From NCBI GenBank assembly GCA_023231365.1, contig JALNVO010000001.1:1-38237 (forward strand): a stretch of DNA of 38,237 nucleotides, written 5' to 3'. Positions within the stretch are counted from its first letter, which is position 1. Each line of letters begins with the position of its first letter. The translations under genes and the position numbers were made by a program. Origin of the DNA: Fibrobacteraceae bacterium. Lineage in GTDB: Bacteria; Fibrobacterota; Fibrobacteria; Fibrobacterales; Fibrobacteraceae. This document shows, in pieces, positions 37,183 to 38,237 of this stretch. Under the pieces are notes generated by a model. It made no database searches. It had not been told where the DNA came from and was given only the letters and a program-made list of their open reading frames with translations.

Positions 37183-38235
37183 ATGAATCTTTCTTTTTAC
37201 AACGGGAAAAAAGTATTTATTACTGGTCATTCCGGTTTTAAAGGAACTTGGCTTTGCCGGATCTTATTGCAGGCAGGGGCTGAAATTACGGGCTATGCAC
37301 TTGAATCACCGACCGAACCATCTTTGTTTGAACAAACAAAAACAAAGGAAGATATTCAAAATATATTTGGAGATGTTCGCAATTCGGTTTTGCTTGTAGA
37401 GTCAATGATGAAGGCTAAACCCGATATTGTTTTCCATCTTGCTGCGCAACCGATAGTTCGCCAATCTTATAAGGAACCCGTAGAAACATACGAAATAAAT
37501 GTTATGGGGACAATAAACGTCCTTGAAGGTGTGAGAAAATCACCGTCAGTTAGATCATTTGTTAATGTTACTACAGATAAGGTTTATAAGAATAAGGAAT
37601 GGCTATGGGGATATCGTGAAGACGAAGAACTCTGTGGTTTTGATCCGTATTCGAATAGCAAAAGTTGTAGTGAACTTGTAACGTATAGTTATAAGAATTC
37701 ATTTTTTAATAATGAAAATTCTCCTGCGATTTCTACAGCACGAAGCGGCAATGTTATTGGTGGCGGAGACTATGCCATTGACAGGATTATTCCTGATTGT
37801 ATCCGTGCTGTTTTAAAAGGTGAAAGAATTATAATTCGCAATCCGTATTCTACTAGACCTTACCAACATGTACTGGAGTGCCTTTCTGGGTATCTGTTGC
37901 TTGCGCAAAAGCAGTTTGAGAATAAAAACTTTGCTGGTAACTATAACTTTGGTCCAGATGGCTCAAGTTGTGTGACAACAGGAGAACTTGTAGAGTTATT
38001 CTGTTCTTCATGGGGGAAAAATGCAAAATGGCGTATTCAAGGCGATGGTGGTCCCCATGAGGCTAATTTCCTCAAATTAGATTGCTCCAAGAGCAAATCT
38101 GTTTTGGGTTGGAAGCCTCATTGGGATATTCGGCAAGCCATTGGCAGCATAACGGAATGGGAAAAAGCCTTACTTGCTAAAAACGATGCCGCTTCTATAA
38201 CGGACATACAGATTAAAAACTATTTTGGGGTATAA
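37183..38235 (+). CDS. rfbG: CDP-glucose 4,6-dehydratase
   Basis: TGHSGFKGTW, HLAAQPIVR, TTDKVY, DPYSNSK, RSGNVIGGGD, RPYQHVLE; follows rfbF. Confidence 0.95.
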   Translation: MNLSFYNGKKVFITGHSGFKGTWLCRILLQAGAEITGYALESPTEPSLFEQTKTKEDIQNIFGDVRNSVLLVESMMKAKPDIVFHLAAQPIVRQSYKEPVETYEINVMGTINVLEGVRKSPSVRSFVNVTTDKVYKNKEWLWGYREDEELCGFDPYSNSKSCSELVTYSYKNSFFNNENSPAISTARSGNVIGGGDYAIDRIIPDCIRAVLKGERIIIRNPYSTRPYQHVLECLSGYLLLAQKQFENKNFAGNYNFGPDGSSCVTTGELVELFCSSWGKNAKWRIQGDGGPHEANFLKLDCSKSKSVLGWKPHWDIRQAIGSITEWEKALLAKNDAASITDIQIKNYFGV

Positions 38236-38237
38236 AA

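Overview
Bacterial chromosomal window. Fibrobacterota is likely, inferred from a poly-Ser lipoprotein, a Fibrobacter-style 'DxxGR' C-terminal tail and the repeat style. About 1-21.5 kb is mostly housekeeping: aminotransferase, vanZ-like, murB, a stand-alone primase-like gene, mtgA, purB, xerD, tRNA-Lys(CTT), ybaK, cobB, M20 peptidase, pyrD, PDZ-TlpA, trpBA with a WWW attenuator, rfbD and a UDP-glucuronate epimerase. A small accessory islet follows the tRNA. About 21.5-27.8 kb is a mobile/defence-like patch: a 485-bp palindrome-packed MITE with 17-bp TIRs and a TAAA target duplication, a SNF2-SWIM pair, an AAA ATPase with a perfect 35-bp operator-like palindrome, an AbiEii remnant and an IS3 scar. 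About 28.2-38.2 kb is an AT-rich surface-polysaccharide operon (four GT4s, radical SAM/SPASM, EpsG/Wzy, GT2, rfbF, rfbG). It is headed by a 28-aa ORF below the ORF-track cutoff and interrupted by a second IS3 scar. The best leads are the modular MITE, a recurring leaderless TANNNT-N6-start signature (including a leaderless trp leader peptide), and the small-ORF/GT4/radical SAM head of the glycan operon. All calls come from reading the sequence by eye; no searches were run.
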